Below, piece by piece: positions 14,061-27,835 of a stretch of DNA of 64,000 nucleotides (positions are counted from its first letter, which is position 1; each line of letters begins with the position of its first letter). Source of the DNA: the human T2T-CHM13v2.0 reference genome, Homo sapiens. Both the position numbers and the translations under genes were made by a program. Below the pieces are notes generated by a model. It searched no databases, was not told where the DNA came from, and saw nothing but the letters and a program-made list of their open reading frames with translations. Where the stretch lies: NCBI RefSeq assembly GCF_009914755.1, contig NC_060942.1, one strand, 5' to 3'.

Positions 14061-16013
14061 AGGCACTCTCTTCACCCAGACATGAGCAATAAGCTTGCTT
14101 CTCTGTATAAAAGATAAAATAAGCTGATTAATTTCCCACAAATCAGTTAATCAGCAATCTCAAAACAAGATTATCACAGTGAAATTTGCTCCCTGTTTAG
14201 AGATTAAGGAAAGTTTTTTGATTGTTATCAAAATAATGGTTTCTTTCTTTAAGATATCAGAAGTTCTATTATCTTCAGTTCTAATTCATGTGGATCATGG
14301 TGCAAGATAAACAACATTTACCATGTTCTGGATTAAATAGGACATCAGTTGGATACATAGCCCACACATTTTAAGTGTATTTCTTTATTTTGTGTTAGGG
14401 ATTCCTGAAGGAAAAAAATCCAGATGTTTGCAGAAGATTTTGAGAATATTTGGATACAAACTCAATGGCTCTTGAATAAAAATGAGAACCAGATTAAATT
14501 CATGAAGAGCACTGCTACATAAAATGTATTTTCTTTTCTTTTATAGATACTCACATAAGTCATGTATGTTTTTAAAGAACACCTATAGTTACATAATCTC
14601 CTGTGTGAATTTAGGGGTTAATTTAAAAGAAAGTGAGTTTAAATTTCGAGCTGACAATGTAGGAGGGATTAGGAGAAAAGTGATCATTGGAGCCAAAGGA
14701 ATGAATGAAATTACCCCAGGAGAGCAAAGAGCCCAGCTAGATCCTAAGAGAAAGCCTAAATATGGGGACCAACAGAGACAAAAAAGCCATATAAGGAGAG
14801 CGCACAGGAAGACAAATAGAAGAGAGCTTCATCTTGGGGGCAAGAAAGATTTTCCAGAAGTAGATATCCTTCAATATCAAATACTGCAGTTCTAATGCCT
14901 ACAGAATTTCATGTACCAGGTGCTTAGCAATAAGAAGGGAAGCTAGTTGACAGATTAGCCTTTTCACTGTATTTTTAGAAGAATACCATTTTTATCTAGA
15001 TTGCATTGTGTTGAGTATAACTTGAGCCGGGTGGGGAGTGGTAGCAGAAATCATGGTGATAAAGACTAAAAGCCTCCAAGCCATATTTGATGCCAAAGCT
15101 ATTCAATGGCAAGCTGGGTTGTATGAAAATAAGGACGGACCACAGTTGATTTTAACAAAATGGCTGTAAGTGACCTTTCCAATGAGAGGGGAGTTTGGGA
15201 ATTATATATGGTGTTAAAATACAATGTTTTCTAGAAAGTTGTCAGGAAAGAAGAAGATGGAATGGTAGCATGGTGGGGGAAGAAAGAGAAGAAGAGAGAA
15301 GAGAGGGTGAGCAAAAATAATATGTGAAGTCAGAGAGGTTTACAAAGGGCAGAAATCCACATTAGCTGCCGTTGATTGTATCATTGAAGTAGGAGGCAAA
15401 GTCAGCTGAGCATGCAAGCACCGAACTGCAGTTATGAATTTGCAATGAGTGTAAAATGTTCGGATTATCTGTTGTAAAGAATCAGCTAGGGAGTTAAGTA
15501 GGAGTGAATGAGAGGAATGATGAACTCATGGAAGGCCTGGCTGAGGTTGAGTAATAACTACGCATGGCATTGCACCAAATTAAGTGGTATAATTTTAACA
15601 AATGACCCAATAAGGTAGAGTCTATTTTTATGTGGAGCAATAAGACCTCACAATGGATCATTGAGTTGGAAGTTAATCTTTGAAAGCATATCTGAAGTTC
15701 CTTTCATAACGTTAAGTGCTGCCTCCAGACAGCATTTAAACAGGGATCGTTTACAGACCGATGAACAGAATTTTAGCATTCAATCTAAAAGCTATACTTT
15801 GTTTTCACAGAAAAAATAATATGGTTTTTTATTTCAATGAACTTCTAATGTACATAGAGATGTCCACATATAATATATATAAAGATAATATAGTATCTTT
15901 ATCAATTAACTATTGCCGGATTCATATAAACAAGAATGTGGTTTAACTTCCCTAAACTGGAGAACTGGTAATGATTATTATCAAAATAAGGCCTTAAAAA
16001 GGCTAGTCTTTAA

Positions 16014-16389
<376 letters not shown>

Positions 16390-17029
16390 CAATTTGCATT
16401 TTCTAATTGCCAGGTCTTATATAAGACCACTCTATGCCAGGTCTTATATAAGGCTCTGAAGATAGCAGGATGAGCGAGTTGGAATTGTTCAATTAGAATT
16501 GGAATTATTAGAATTTCAAAGATCTCACAATGTAGATGAGGAGACAAGTTGAAAAGACATAAAATGTGTGGGCACTATGATTAATGTGCCCTAGAAACCA
16601 TGGAACACAACATGGTTGCATGGATCTAGAGAGACTAGGGAGCGCTGGCAGGGAGATGATGGTTTCTAACAAGCATCAGTCCAGGATCAGGCACTGGGCT
16701 AAACCAAGAGGAGAACGTGATGAATAAGGCACAGGTGGTCTCAGGCTGTTGAGCAGTACAGACACATAAACACATTTTCAGTACACTCTGTTAGGTCCAA
16801 TAATGGCAATGGTGCTGGAGGTGTGGGAAGACAGCAAAGGCACTTGCAACATGGGGGCCTAAGCAGAAGAGGAAGAGGGTCACCAGCACACAGTAAAGCT
16901 TTCTTGCAGAAAGAAACAGCGAGCTCTAAAAGATTTAGGACTGAGCCAGGCATGGAATTGGTGGAAGAGTGGAGGAGAGCCTTTCAGGCAGAACACAGCT
17001 TAAAGGAAGAGAAGTGAAAAAGAACATGA

Positions 17030-17534
17030 TATAAATTATTCCATTACAAAGATACATGCACACATATGTTCACTGCAGCACTATTCACAATAGCAAAGAC
17101 ATGGAATCAACCCAAATGCCCACCAACGATAGACAGGATAAAAAAAAATGTGGTACATATACATCATGGAATACTATTCATCCATAAAAAGGAATGAGAT
17201 CATGTCCTTTGCAGGGACATGGATGAAGTTGGAGGTCATTATCCTCAGCAAACTAACACAGGAACAGAAAACCAAACACTGTGTATTCTCACTTATAAGT
17301 GGGAGCTGAACAATGAGAACGTATGGACACATGGGGTGGGGACAACACACACTGGGGCCTGTCGGGGTGAGGAGAGGGGAAGAAGAGCATTAGGAAAAAT
17401 AGCCAATGCATGCTGGGCTTAGTACATAGATGGGTTGATAGGTGCAGCAAACCGCCAAGGCACACGTTTACCTGTGTAACAAACCTGCACATCCTACACA
17501 TGTACCCCAGAACTAAAAATTAAAATTAAAAAAA
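17030..17534 (+). mobile_element. 5'-truncated L1PA (L1PA12/13-like) 3' end
   Basis: ORF2 tail plus 3'UTR (GGAAAAATAGCCAATGCATGCTGGGCTTA...AACAAACCTGCACATCC); near-TSD AAAAGAACATGA (17018-17029) / AAAAAAACATGA (17530-17541). Confidence 0.9.
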
Positions 17535-18578
17535 AACATGAAGCAACTAAATGTTTCTGGCACATAGATTTTCAAGTAGAGAGGAAAGTTGTGTCAGACA
17601 GGGCTTATGTCCACTTCATAGATAAGAAAGGTGAGGCTCACAGAAGTAAGGAAAAGTACACATTGCCACACAGATCAAAGCAGCAGGAACAAAATTCCAA
17701 CCACATCTGTCAGAGTCACAGCCTCTGCTTTTTACATTTTTCAGACATAGTTTTTGCACATACATATCTATAATGGTTACATTATAACATAGGAAGAATA
17801 TAGGCTAATTTTGATTTTATCTATTTTTGTTTAGAAGAAAAAAATTCCTCATAATCAAGATAATATAATGAAATAAAAACCAAATGACAAAATACAAGGA
17901 AATCACAATAAACAAAATATTTATGTGTGTATGAGAGAAATGATGCAAGTTTTATTAAAATAGCTCAACTTAGTTATCTTTTTGTCCATTTGTCAAAAAT
18001 AACTATATCAAAATTACTACTATTAGGTAACAGATAGTATAGTGATACGGTTTTCTGACAATATCAATTGGAAAAATAAAATAAGCCATTTGAAGTCATT
18101 CTGGTTGTCACATCTCTGCTTATATTGAAAACTGCCTCAATTTATGATTTGACTATTCGATCTCTTTAAAATGTTGAAGCTATGGATTTTTTTTCTGCCC
18201 TCTTTTGGCAGGCTCACAAATTCACAATCAACAACTTGCCATCAGCTGGTCTTCATTAGCAACTTTACCATGACCCATCCAATTCTGATGCTTAGAAACA
18301 GAAAGACCAGGGAATGCTTTTTTCCCCCCCATTAAAGTAGCTAACAAATTAAGCATGAAGAGAAATTATGGCAATGTGATAAAAATGGGAATAAGATAAT
18401 TAAAATAAAATCATTTAATAGTGTATAACTTAGGTGAGAGGAGAATGAACTTCTAAAACATAACCCATTAAGCCACAGTAGAAGTGAAGAAAGCAACCAA
18501 ATTCTGCAAATGCTATATAACCCTGGAACTCTCCTAGTGTGGCCAAGCAACAGATCCCTTGATTAAAAGTGATTTTTA

Positions 18579-18892
18579 GAGAGCACAGGGTTGGGGGTAA
18601 GGTCACAGATCAACAGAAACATGTGCTGTGTCCACTCAGGGTTAAATGGATTAAGGGCGGTGCAAGATGTGCTTTGTTAAACAGATGCTTGAAGGCAGCA
18701 TGCTCGTTAAGAGTCATCACCACTCCCTAATCTCAAGTACCCAGGGACACAAACACTGCGGAAGGCTGCAGGGTCCTCTGCCTAGGAAAACCAGAGACCT
18801 TTGTTCACTTGTTTATCTGCTGACCTTCCCTCCGCTATTGTCCTATGACCCTGCCAAATCCCCCTCTGTGAGAAACACCCAAGAATGATCAA

Positions 18893-18935
<43 letters not shown>
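18579..18935 (+). mobile_element. 5'-truncated SVA (SINE-R end, probably SVA_C/D) with inverted 5' segment
   Basis: 18617-18890 matches SINE-R (AAACATGTGCTGTGTCCACTCAGGGTTAAATGG...CACCCAAGAATGATCAATAAA); 18579-18616 is the reverse complement of the adjacent upstream consensus; TSD AAAAGTGATTTTTA at 18565-18578 and 18936-18949; (TAAA)n tail. Confidence 0.95.
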
Positions 18936-18937
<2 letters not shown>

Positions 18938-20090
18938 AAGTGATTTTTATAAACCTCAGGAACTGGACACATAAGCAGAAAAGAAATTATATACTGATCC
19001 ATCATACTAGATGAAAATATTCATAATCAAAAATGGATGATACAAATAAAAGAACATGTGAAGATGACTACTTGGGTATTTTCCATCAAGCAAAAGAAAT
19101 TGTAAGTTAAGACTCTAGATTGCCTATGAGCAAAAGCATGAAGGTGGGTAGGCTAATTACTGACCAGAGTCTACTTAAAAGGCCTAGTCTTGGTTTCGTG
19201 GTTAGCACAGACACTAAAACTCTAGATAATACAGTTTATTTAGTTTCTTGTTTTCCTATTGTTTGTTTTCTATGGAATATTTCAGCTGAATAAAAAGAAA
19301 AAGTCAAGAAACCTTAGGCACAAGACATAAGACCCTTAACTCTAGCCTCATAGCATTTAACGCATCAAAAGGCCTATACCCTTATTGTGTGTGGGTTTCG
19401 GTGGTCAACATACCACACATTTTTAAGAATGTTTAGGGGATTTCTTTCCAAACCATGTTGCATGGAACAATAAATTTCAGAAAAGATAAAACTTTTCTAA
19501 TAACACAATTGGAAAGGAAACCAGACTAAATTAATAGATATCACTTTTCTAGAAGGTCTTAAATTAAATTTCATTTCCTGACCCAGAGTTATATATGCAT
19601 ACAATTAATGGCTAATGAATGCTGAAAAATAGAGGTCCTTCCACACTGGCCTTAATATAAGGAAGATGATTATTTATGAACAAGTATTTTATATAAAATT
19701 TGGTGTGATCAAGATGCTGAAACAGATTTAAAATGTGTGATTAAACCTGCAGATTAAATTTGTGTGCGTTCAATAAGAATGCATGGTGCCACAAGAATAA
19801 ATGATAGTTCTAAGTAAGTCTGAATTCATACACATTCTAAATTTGCATGTTTGGGAGCCATGAGGCTTTATTATACTGAACATGGGTATTTGTGCCTTCT
19901 AATTGCTGCAAGGAAGTATCTAGCTACGACATGAAATTATGTACCCTAAAAATTCTCGAGGGTGGAAGGCAGGGGAAACTTAACAGAATAAGATCTTTAA
20001 ATGATACCTAAATTCAAAGGTTTGGAAAATAAATTTCTTGAAATGGTGAAAACTAACCGATTTACTCTTTATGTAGTATCCATCCAGTCA

Positions 20091-20502
<412 letters not shown>

Positions 20503-21345
20503 TTAGTATTGGTATATGTTCTACCCCCAAAGACTAACTAAACTATTGGTTACAATAAATGAAATCTAATTAAGAATACATTAAAATATATGGCTTTTGA
20601 CTCTAGAGATACATCATGTAACAATTACCAAGAGTGAGTCATTACTGCATTCTGTAATCTGGTTGGGTTGGGAGAAGGGAGTCATTAGAATCTCTGTAGG
20701 CTTGCATGTCATTTGAAAAAGTCCTCCCTGATGATTCTTAGACACTAGTCACTCTGGATTTACATGCACTACTTTAAATGTAAACAATGATGATATGCTA
20801 CAGCATATTGTTTCTTTGATTTCAAAATTAAGGCACATGGCACCTTAATTTAATTCTAAGTATTCCATGTAGCTCACTACTCCTCTTTGCCTTTCACCAC
20901 TCTGGAAAACATCCTCAGTCTTTTCCGGTTTAGTACATTGTCCAAAGAGCCTACTGTGGAATCTCATGTCATTTTACTTTTTTCAGTTGGCCTATTTTTC
21001 ATACCATTTCTCATTTCCTCCATATTTCTATTATTCCCTATGAAAACATACCTAGTCTTGTCCTTCTCTTTGCTTTTCAAGATTTAGCAATCTGAAAAAA
21101 GTTAATTACCCCAATTATAGGGTGTCACAGAGTACTAATGACTCAATAAACTCACCTCGCACACCCACTAAATAACTTTTCATGGTGAAATTTGAATATT
21201 CAGCTTCACATAAAAGTCAATGAGCCAAATGCATGCTGTAATAGTTTATGGAACTCACTGGGATAGGGAGCTACTGACCAATGATTTATAGGTTCATGCA
21301 TGTTCCTGGAGTTCAAAGTAAAAATTATCCTCTAAACTCACACCA

Positions 21346-21945
21346 CCAACATGGAAGCCACCAGACACAGGAAGCTACTGAGCACTTGAAATGTGGGTCA
21401 TCCAAATTGAGATGAGCTGCAAGTATAACCTACACAACAGATATTGAAGGTGTAGTATTTTAAAAAGAGCAAAATATCTAATTAATATGTTGTTTACATA
21501 TAAAATAATATTTTAGATACATGATGTTACATAAAATATATATCTATATATTTGTGGTTTTTTTTTGAGGCAGAGTCTTGCACTGTTGCCCAGGCTGGCA
21601 CGATTTCAGCTCACTGCAACCTCTGCCTCCCAGGTTCAAGCGATTCAGCCTCCCGAGTAGCTGGGATTACAGGCGGCTGCCACCACGCCCAGCTAATTTT
21701 TTGTATTTTTAGTAGAGACGGTCTTTCACTACGTTGGCCAGGCTGGTCTCGAATGCCTGACCTCATGATCCACCCGCCTCTGCCTCCCAAAGTGCTGGGA
21801 TTACAGGCATGAGCTCCCATGCCCAGCCGAAATATATTATTAAAACTAACTTCATTTATTTTTTTTTTTTTACTTTTCAAATGTGTCAGCTAGAAAATTT
21901 AAAATGGCACATGTGACTCACATTATATTTCCATTGGAGAGCACA
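21346..21945 (-). mobile_element. MER33 (hAT-Charlie) split by an Alu
   Basis: CTACTGAGCACTTGAAATGTGG..ATCCAAATTGAGATG on the left; CTAGAAAATTTAAAAT..CACATTATATTTCCATTGGAGAGCAC on the right. Confidence 0.85.
21553..21829 (-). mobile_element. AluS (Sg/Sc-like) with two short internal deletions
   Basis: Reverse Alu lacking ~10 nt after CAGGCTGG and ~9 nt after GATTC; short TSD AAATATAT. Confidence 0.92.
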
Positions 21946-21949
21946 TCCC

Positions 21950-22105
21950 TAGACCCTTGCAATTCAGGGCATGTTCCTCTGATGAGCAGCATCGCATCAG
22001 TAGGGGTTTGTGAGAAACGCAGAATCTTGGGCCTCACTCAAGAACTACTGAATCAGATAATAAGATGCCCAAGCTATTTGTATTCATATGACAGCTGAAG
22101 AAGAT
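21950..22105 (+). mobile_element. MER5A/B relic
   Basis: AGCAGCATCGCATC...GAGAAACGCAGAATCTTGGGCCTCACTCAAGAACTACTGAATCAGA. Confidence 0.75.
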
Positions 22106-23664
22106 CTTTGTTGACTTTAGGAGTGTTTCAATGCAGACACTGCTCTCTTTTCTCTCCATATCTTTGCAATCATCATTCCTTAGCACCTACAATATGCCTT
22201 CATTTGAGGGCTTATTCAATATTTAATCTTTATTTCACTAAATAAACAGATATTCCTTTTCTTATTACTGTGACTGCTTTTTCCATATTGAAATGGCAAT
22301 GGCTGCAAATACTCTCTGTGTGAAAGTTGGTTCCATTAAGAGCTAATCAATTTATATGATTCATACACTAAAAACAACAGGAGACTATGGTCAGGTGAAA
22401 GATATGTGGATTTCATGTTATTATATTTCCCTTCTTGAAATAGAAAGGAAAATTTGGGATTAAAATAATTTCATGAGCAAGTCTAACAGTGCTGTGAGGA
22501 TCTAATTGTCAGCCAGCTCTCTTTGGGAGCAGAGTATACGAAGGTTATTGTTAAACAGTGCCAGCAGACAGGTTGCTGCTTTTGTCTCCTTTGCAATTTG
22601 CAATTTGGGAATGGAGGGAAACCGGGCAATATCCCTTTCTGTTTTTGGTTGTTCTTATTGTTATCAATAGTTCTCATTTTGGTCCACAACTCTGCCACTA
22701 CTTACAGAGGAATTTAGATTGAGTTTGTTCTGAAAGCAAAGTATCATACTAATGAATCACTAAAAAGAAAGCTGGTCTAATTATAGCCAAATGGTGCAAA
22801 ATAACCTTACTTATGATTGCCCCTGATTAGGTGTAGGCTGCTGGGCTCGCTGCAGGGGGCTGTAGATTATCACTGAAATGCAAGGTGCCCACTGACTGCC
22901 AAGAGGGGAAGAACTTGCAGCAAAAAAAAATATTGCAGCTGTACTCTATTATTTTGTTGTAAAGTCATGTCCCAGTTTCCTATACCCAATAGCTTGAACT
23001 TGGCATTGTTTCAATTCCTGCTTATTGGTGAACTGATCTCATGTTCGATAAATAAATATTAATCAACTGATAATTAAGTATTCGCCCTTAGGCCACTGTA
23101 ATATTATAGTCAGACTGTTTGCATTGGAGGAATGAGGATTTGTTTAAGGTACTACCAATAAAGGACGATTTGTTTTAAATCCAAGCAAAATCCCATGGAA
23201 CTCTCACGGCAAAGCCACAGTAGTGTGGGTCTCAGGGATCTGGGGATTTGTTCTAGATCCAAAATGACTCTAGAGAACTAGGCTGTGAGAGATCTTCATT
23301 CTGGTGACCTGCGGTTGCTTCCCAGCTACTCAAAGTGGGAATGCTTCTTTCTCTTTCACTCACAGTTGCCTTCCTCTGTTGACTTCTAGTTTCTTCCCTC
23401 CCTACTCCTTTCACAGTATCCCCCAATCACAGTCCTGCTTCATGATCTTTCAGAGGCAGACTTCACTGCTTTTTGGCAATTCTTTCTTTGTTTCCTGGCT
23501 CAGATTCCTAGAGGAAACCTGATTAGTCAAAGTCATCTTTTCAAGTCAGTCCACCTTGGTAACAAGTCACATCTCAGACCCAGTGACTATGCATTGGGAC
23601 CATTGGTAGAGACATTTTTCTAATAAATGGTGGAGTAGGGCTCAAACTCATAACTGACATATCT

Positions 23665-24150
23665 CATATGCATACTCATTTATTGACAGCATCCTCTGTG
23701 TAGGCACTATTCTAGTAAATAAGATAAATATGACTCCTAAACTTTTCAGTAATAATGAGTGGCAGGCAGAGAATTACTGTAGATGGATAGGAAGGAGAGT
23801 GACTGGCAGGTTGGCTAGATGGGGTGAGCAGAGTAAGGATTCCCAGAGCAAGTGACATTTAAACAGGCACCTGAATGAAAAGAAGGAGCTAATCATAGGA
23901 AGATCAAGGTAAGATTATTCCAGGCAGAGGACACAGCTAGTGCACAGGCCCCGAAACAAGAAGGAACCTGACATGTTTAAGAATTTTTTAAAGGTCATAA
24001 TAGCTGAAGATTGTGATCCAGAAGGAGACTGACATGAAATTAGGTCAGTGAGGTCAGCAGGGACTGGGACCAGATCCTATCAAGGTTTGTAATCCAAAAT
24101 AAGATGCTTGGATTTTATTCTAAGTGAAATGGAAGCCACTGGAATGACAT
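23665..24150 (-). mobile_element. L2 relic
   Basis: CTCATTTATTGACAGC..GTAGGCACTATTCTAG; TTCCAGGCAGAGGACACAGC; GGATTTTATTCTAAGTGAAATGGAAGCCACTGG. Confidence 0.7.
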
Positions 24151-24269
24151 TAAATAATCTTACCCCCCAAAAATTAAAAATTGTGTTTCATAATTTTCAT
24201 ATTTTTTACTTTAATTTGATTTTTATGTATGAAAATGGCCAAGAAAACAGTATGAGAGGGTGCTTAACT

Positions 24270-25025
24270 TCATTCGTTACTAAGAAGATGCACAATGAGA
24301 TCCCACTGTATACTTAGCAATTCTATTTCTAGGTGTATATTTATTAAGATTGTGTATATATTTGCACCAAAAGACATATACTATAGTGTTCCCAAGCCCC
24401 AAACTGGAAGCTTTCCCAATGCCCTTCAACAGTTGAATGGATAAGTACATGGCAGTGTAGCCACATCACACTGCTATGGAGCAGGGTTGACAAACTATGG
24501 CCTCCTGGTCAAATACAGCTCATGGCCTGTTTTATTACTGGCATTTGAGATAAGAATGAATTTTACATTTTTAAACGGTTTTAAAAACAACAACAAAAAT
24601 CAACCAACAAACAAGAATAACAACAACTGGGGACTATATGCAGCCTGCAAACTCTAAAATATTTACTGTTTGGATTTTTATAGAAAAAGTTTGCTCTCCC
24701 CAAGTACAGCAAAGAGAATGAATAAACAATAACTACAAGCAACAATATGGATAGATTCCCAAACAACATGTTGGGTGAAAGAAGTTATACCCCAAAGCAT
24801 ACCTGCTATATAAAAACAGGCAAAATTCAACTATGGTCTTAGAAGTCAATCTGGCGGTTACACTCGACCAGGGTGGTAAGCGGAAGAGAGGATGAAGCAA
24901 TGCTTTCAAAGAGCTGTTTATGTCTCACAGGTGTGCTCCGTTTGTGAATGTTTGTGAATGTTTTCACAAACTGTGCCTTTATGACACATGTTAGCATGTA
25001 TTACTTGGACTACATACATTTGACA
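24270..25025 (+). mobile_element. L1ME-like 3' end interrupted by MER58
   Basis: AGCAATTCTATTTCTAGGTGTATAT; CCCAAACTGGAAG..CCCAATGCCCTTCAACAGTTGAATGGATAA; resumes after ~24703. Confidence 0.7.
24482..24702 (+). mobile_element. MER58 (C-like) hAT-Charlie MITE
   Basis: CAGGGTTGACAAACTATGGCC...AAAATATTTACT..TTTATAGAAAAAGTTTGCTCTCCC, with terminal inverted ends. Confidence 0.85.
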
Positions 25026-25284
25026 TTTTACAGGGAAAGGCAATTTAACTTATTAAAGTTTCCCCCTCCCCCATATTTGGGTCATGGAAAAATTTGAGGG
25101 GTTTCTGTGGTACCCCCAAAATTCAAAAAGACTTTTCATCTTTGGGTCGTTACCAGTGACGCCCTCATTTTCCAAATTAGTGCATTCCTTTCAGGCACTG
25201 CTACTTGCTTGTGAAACTGATATGATTTTTCTACAACACTAAGAGCCCTATAGCCGAGGTATTTGATTCTTTATTATCAACTGT

Positions 25285-26090
25285 GGGCTTTCTCTCCCAT
25301 CTCATATCCAAGGCAATCCTTCAATAGTTCTACGTTCATCTAGATCCACAATTTAACCATTTTTCTCTACCTTCACTGCTACGGACATTGTTAAAGCTGC
25401 AATGATATGTTTCCTGGTTTAGTCTCTTAACTAGTCCCCTGGGGCTTTTACCCTTGTCTCCCTGTGCTCCCAGTGTCTATTCTCAGAACAGCAACCACCA
25501 CGATCCTTTGAAAACAAAGATTATGTCACCACTCCTCAGGTCAAAACCCTCTTAAACTCTTTCATTCAATAAAAACCAAGTTTTACAATGGCAGCAAGAC
25601 CAGCATTATCTCAGCATTCTCTCCCACAAACACACACTCCCCTTCGCTACTCAGGCCTCCTTTTCATCCTCAAAAACTTCAAAAACATTCTTTTCTTTGG
25701 GCCTTTTGCTAGCTGTTTCCTCTACCTAAATCACTCTTTCTCCAGATGATCTCCATAGCTAAGCAACTTGCCTCCTAAACGTCTCTACTAAAGTTCCACC
25801 TTTTCAAAGAGATGAAGGCTCAGTGAGGCCTATTATGATGGTTCTATATGAAAATTGTCAGCTGTCCCTGTCAGTCCCTATCACCTTGCTTTTGTTATTG
25901 CAATTATGGCATTTGAACATGCTCTAATTGTATTTATGACTATCATTGTTTATTAACTGTCTTTTCTAACTAGCATATACATTCTTGACAGGCAGTGATA
26001 TTTAATTTGTATAGTGATGTATTCCAAGTGTCTATATCAGTGCTTGGCACATAGAAAGTTTCAGTGAATGTTGGATGAATGAATGCATGT
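25285..26090 (+). mobile_element. L2a 3' portion
   Basis: Pyrimidine-rich L2 body ending CAGTGCTTGGCACATAG...GTTGGATGAATGAATG. Confidence 0.75.
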
Positions 26091-27639
26091 GGTCCTGCCT
26101 CACAGAGACACCATTCTTCTGGCATCTCTGAATGTTGCCACATTCCTGTGCATGTGTGTAGAAATGGATCAACACAATTCAAGGGCTTCATGATCTCTTG
26201 AGTTCCTTATCAGACCTTTTTAGTGTAAAATGCTAGTTAATAACCTACACATGAATAACTTTATGCGGTTATCTTTTTAAATTAAAAAAGTTATAAATAC
26301 TTTACAAAGAAATTATTTAATATGTTTCATGAGTTATGTTTTTCTAGATGTGTTTGATAGACAGAAAATTTTATGATCAAATTTTAAAAACGTTCCATCC
26401 AAGATAGAGTTTAATATTTTCTTTCTCTCAGGACTGTGCTACTTTTAGAGAACCAAATCTGGGAAGGAAATTCTTTTTAAACAGCTTAAGCATTCAGCCT
26501 TGGCCCAAATCTACGCTTGGAATGAGGAGCGAAAAAGGAAGGACAAATGGTGATTTAGACTATCACCTATAAACATCTCTTTCTTTCCTAAGAGAGTGGG
26601 TTGTGGAGAGCTCCAGGGCTATCATTACTGAGAGCAAAGTTCTTTGCTTTAGGCCTATTGATACTAACTTAGTTTTCTGTGGCTTGATAACTGGGACATT
26701 TAGTGCCACTTTTATTTACAAGAGCTAGTCTTTATTTCAATTGGGCATTGAAAGTTAGTAGATTGTGTTTGACTATACTAAAGATTTTCTTTAAATCTAT
26801 GTTATGCTGTCACATAAAATGTACCAATTTTCCTGAACTTGTTTTCCAAGGTCATGTTTAAACAAGTATTTGTTTATACAAATGAAGTATAAATGTTTTC
26901 ATTAGTAGAAAGGCAGTGTAAGACTTACTATGGAGAGACAGATAACCACAGGAAAGTTATTAATAGATTGCAATATATTAAATGCTTGGTCCTTATAAAG
27001 ATATTTTAAATACTATTTTTTTTTCACACAGGAAGATGATTTTAAATCCTACTTTAAAATATATTTGACTCTATGATCACAGTGCCAGGCACAGATCCTA
27101 TTCATTAGTGAGATTTATAAAAACATATTTGATGTTATGCAACCTAAGTAAGGTTCATTCTCCCATGGATAGAAGAACAAATGGATGAGAAGGTAAAAGC
27201 CCTAGAAAGGTAATGCAAGCTAATGAAGATGTTAGGGTCATTTAGCAGAAATAATAATAGTGGTTACTTAAAAATCATAACACATTCTATCAAGGATTAT
27301 TTTCATTAAAAATGTTAATGACATAAAATTTTCTGTCCATCAAACACATCTAGAAAAACATAACCCCTTAAACATATTAAATAAATGATTGTAAAGTATT
27401 TATAACTTTTTAAATTTTAATTTATAACTTTTTTAATTTTAAAAAAACTACATAAAGTTAATGTACAGGTTATTAACTAGCATTTTACACTATAAAGATT
27501 GGGTAAGGAGCTCAGAATTGACTTATTATTATTATTATTTTATAATTGAGTGCCCAGAGAATACTTCTACTTATCATAACTGAGAAATTAAGGAAAGTCC
27601 TTACTCTGCTATAAATCAGACCATGCTTCAAATACAGAC

Positions 27640-27835
27640 ACAGTGACTAAGTTGACCAAGGGCCAATTATTTAACTTATCCAAAGCTTAGTATCTTGATC
27701 TATAAAACAAGGATAATAACAGTGCCCACTGCATAGGATTATTGTGAAGATTAAGTGAGATGATATATAAAGCATATAGTAGAGTGTCTGGCACATATTT
27801 TAAGTTCAATAAATGCAAGTTATTATATTATTACT
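27640..27835 (+). mobile_element. MIR
   Basis: ATCTATAAAACAAGGATAATAACAGTGCCCACTGCATAGGATTATTGTGAAGATTAAGTGAGATGAT...TCTGGCACATA. Confidence 0.8.

Noticed and set aside
26432-26572. Acceptor followed by a 46-codon open frame
   Set aside because: No convincing donor and the peptide is unrecognised
27032-27147. Plus-strand exon-like segment (TTTTCACACAG|...|GTAAGG)
   Set aside because: Stops in all frames, no recognised homology; such sites are common in AT-rich DNA
27398-27442. ~22-bp AT-rich tandem duplication (similar ones near 5248, 5920, 29782, 45106)
   Set aside because: Ordinary slippage duplications; no repeat-spacer (CRISPR-like) organisation
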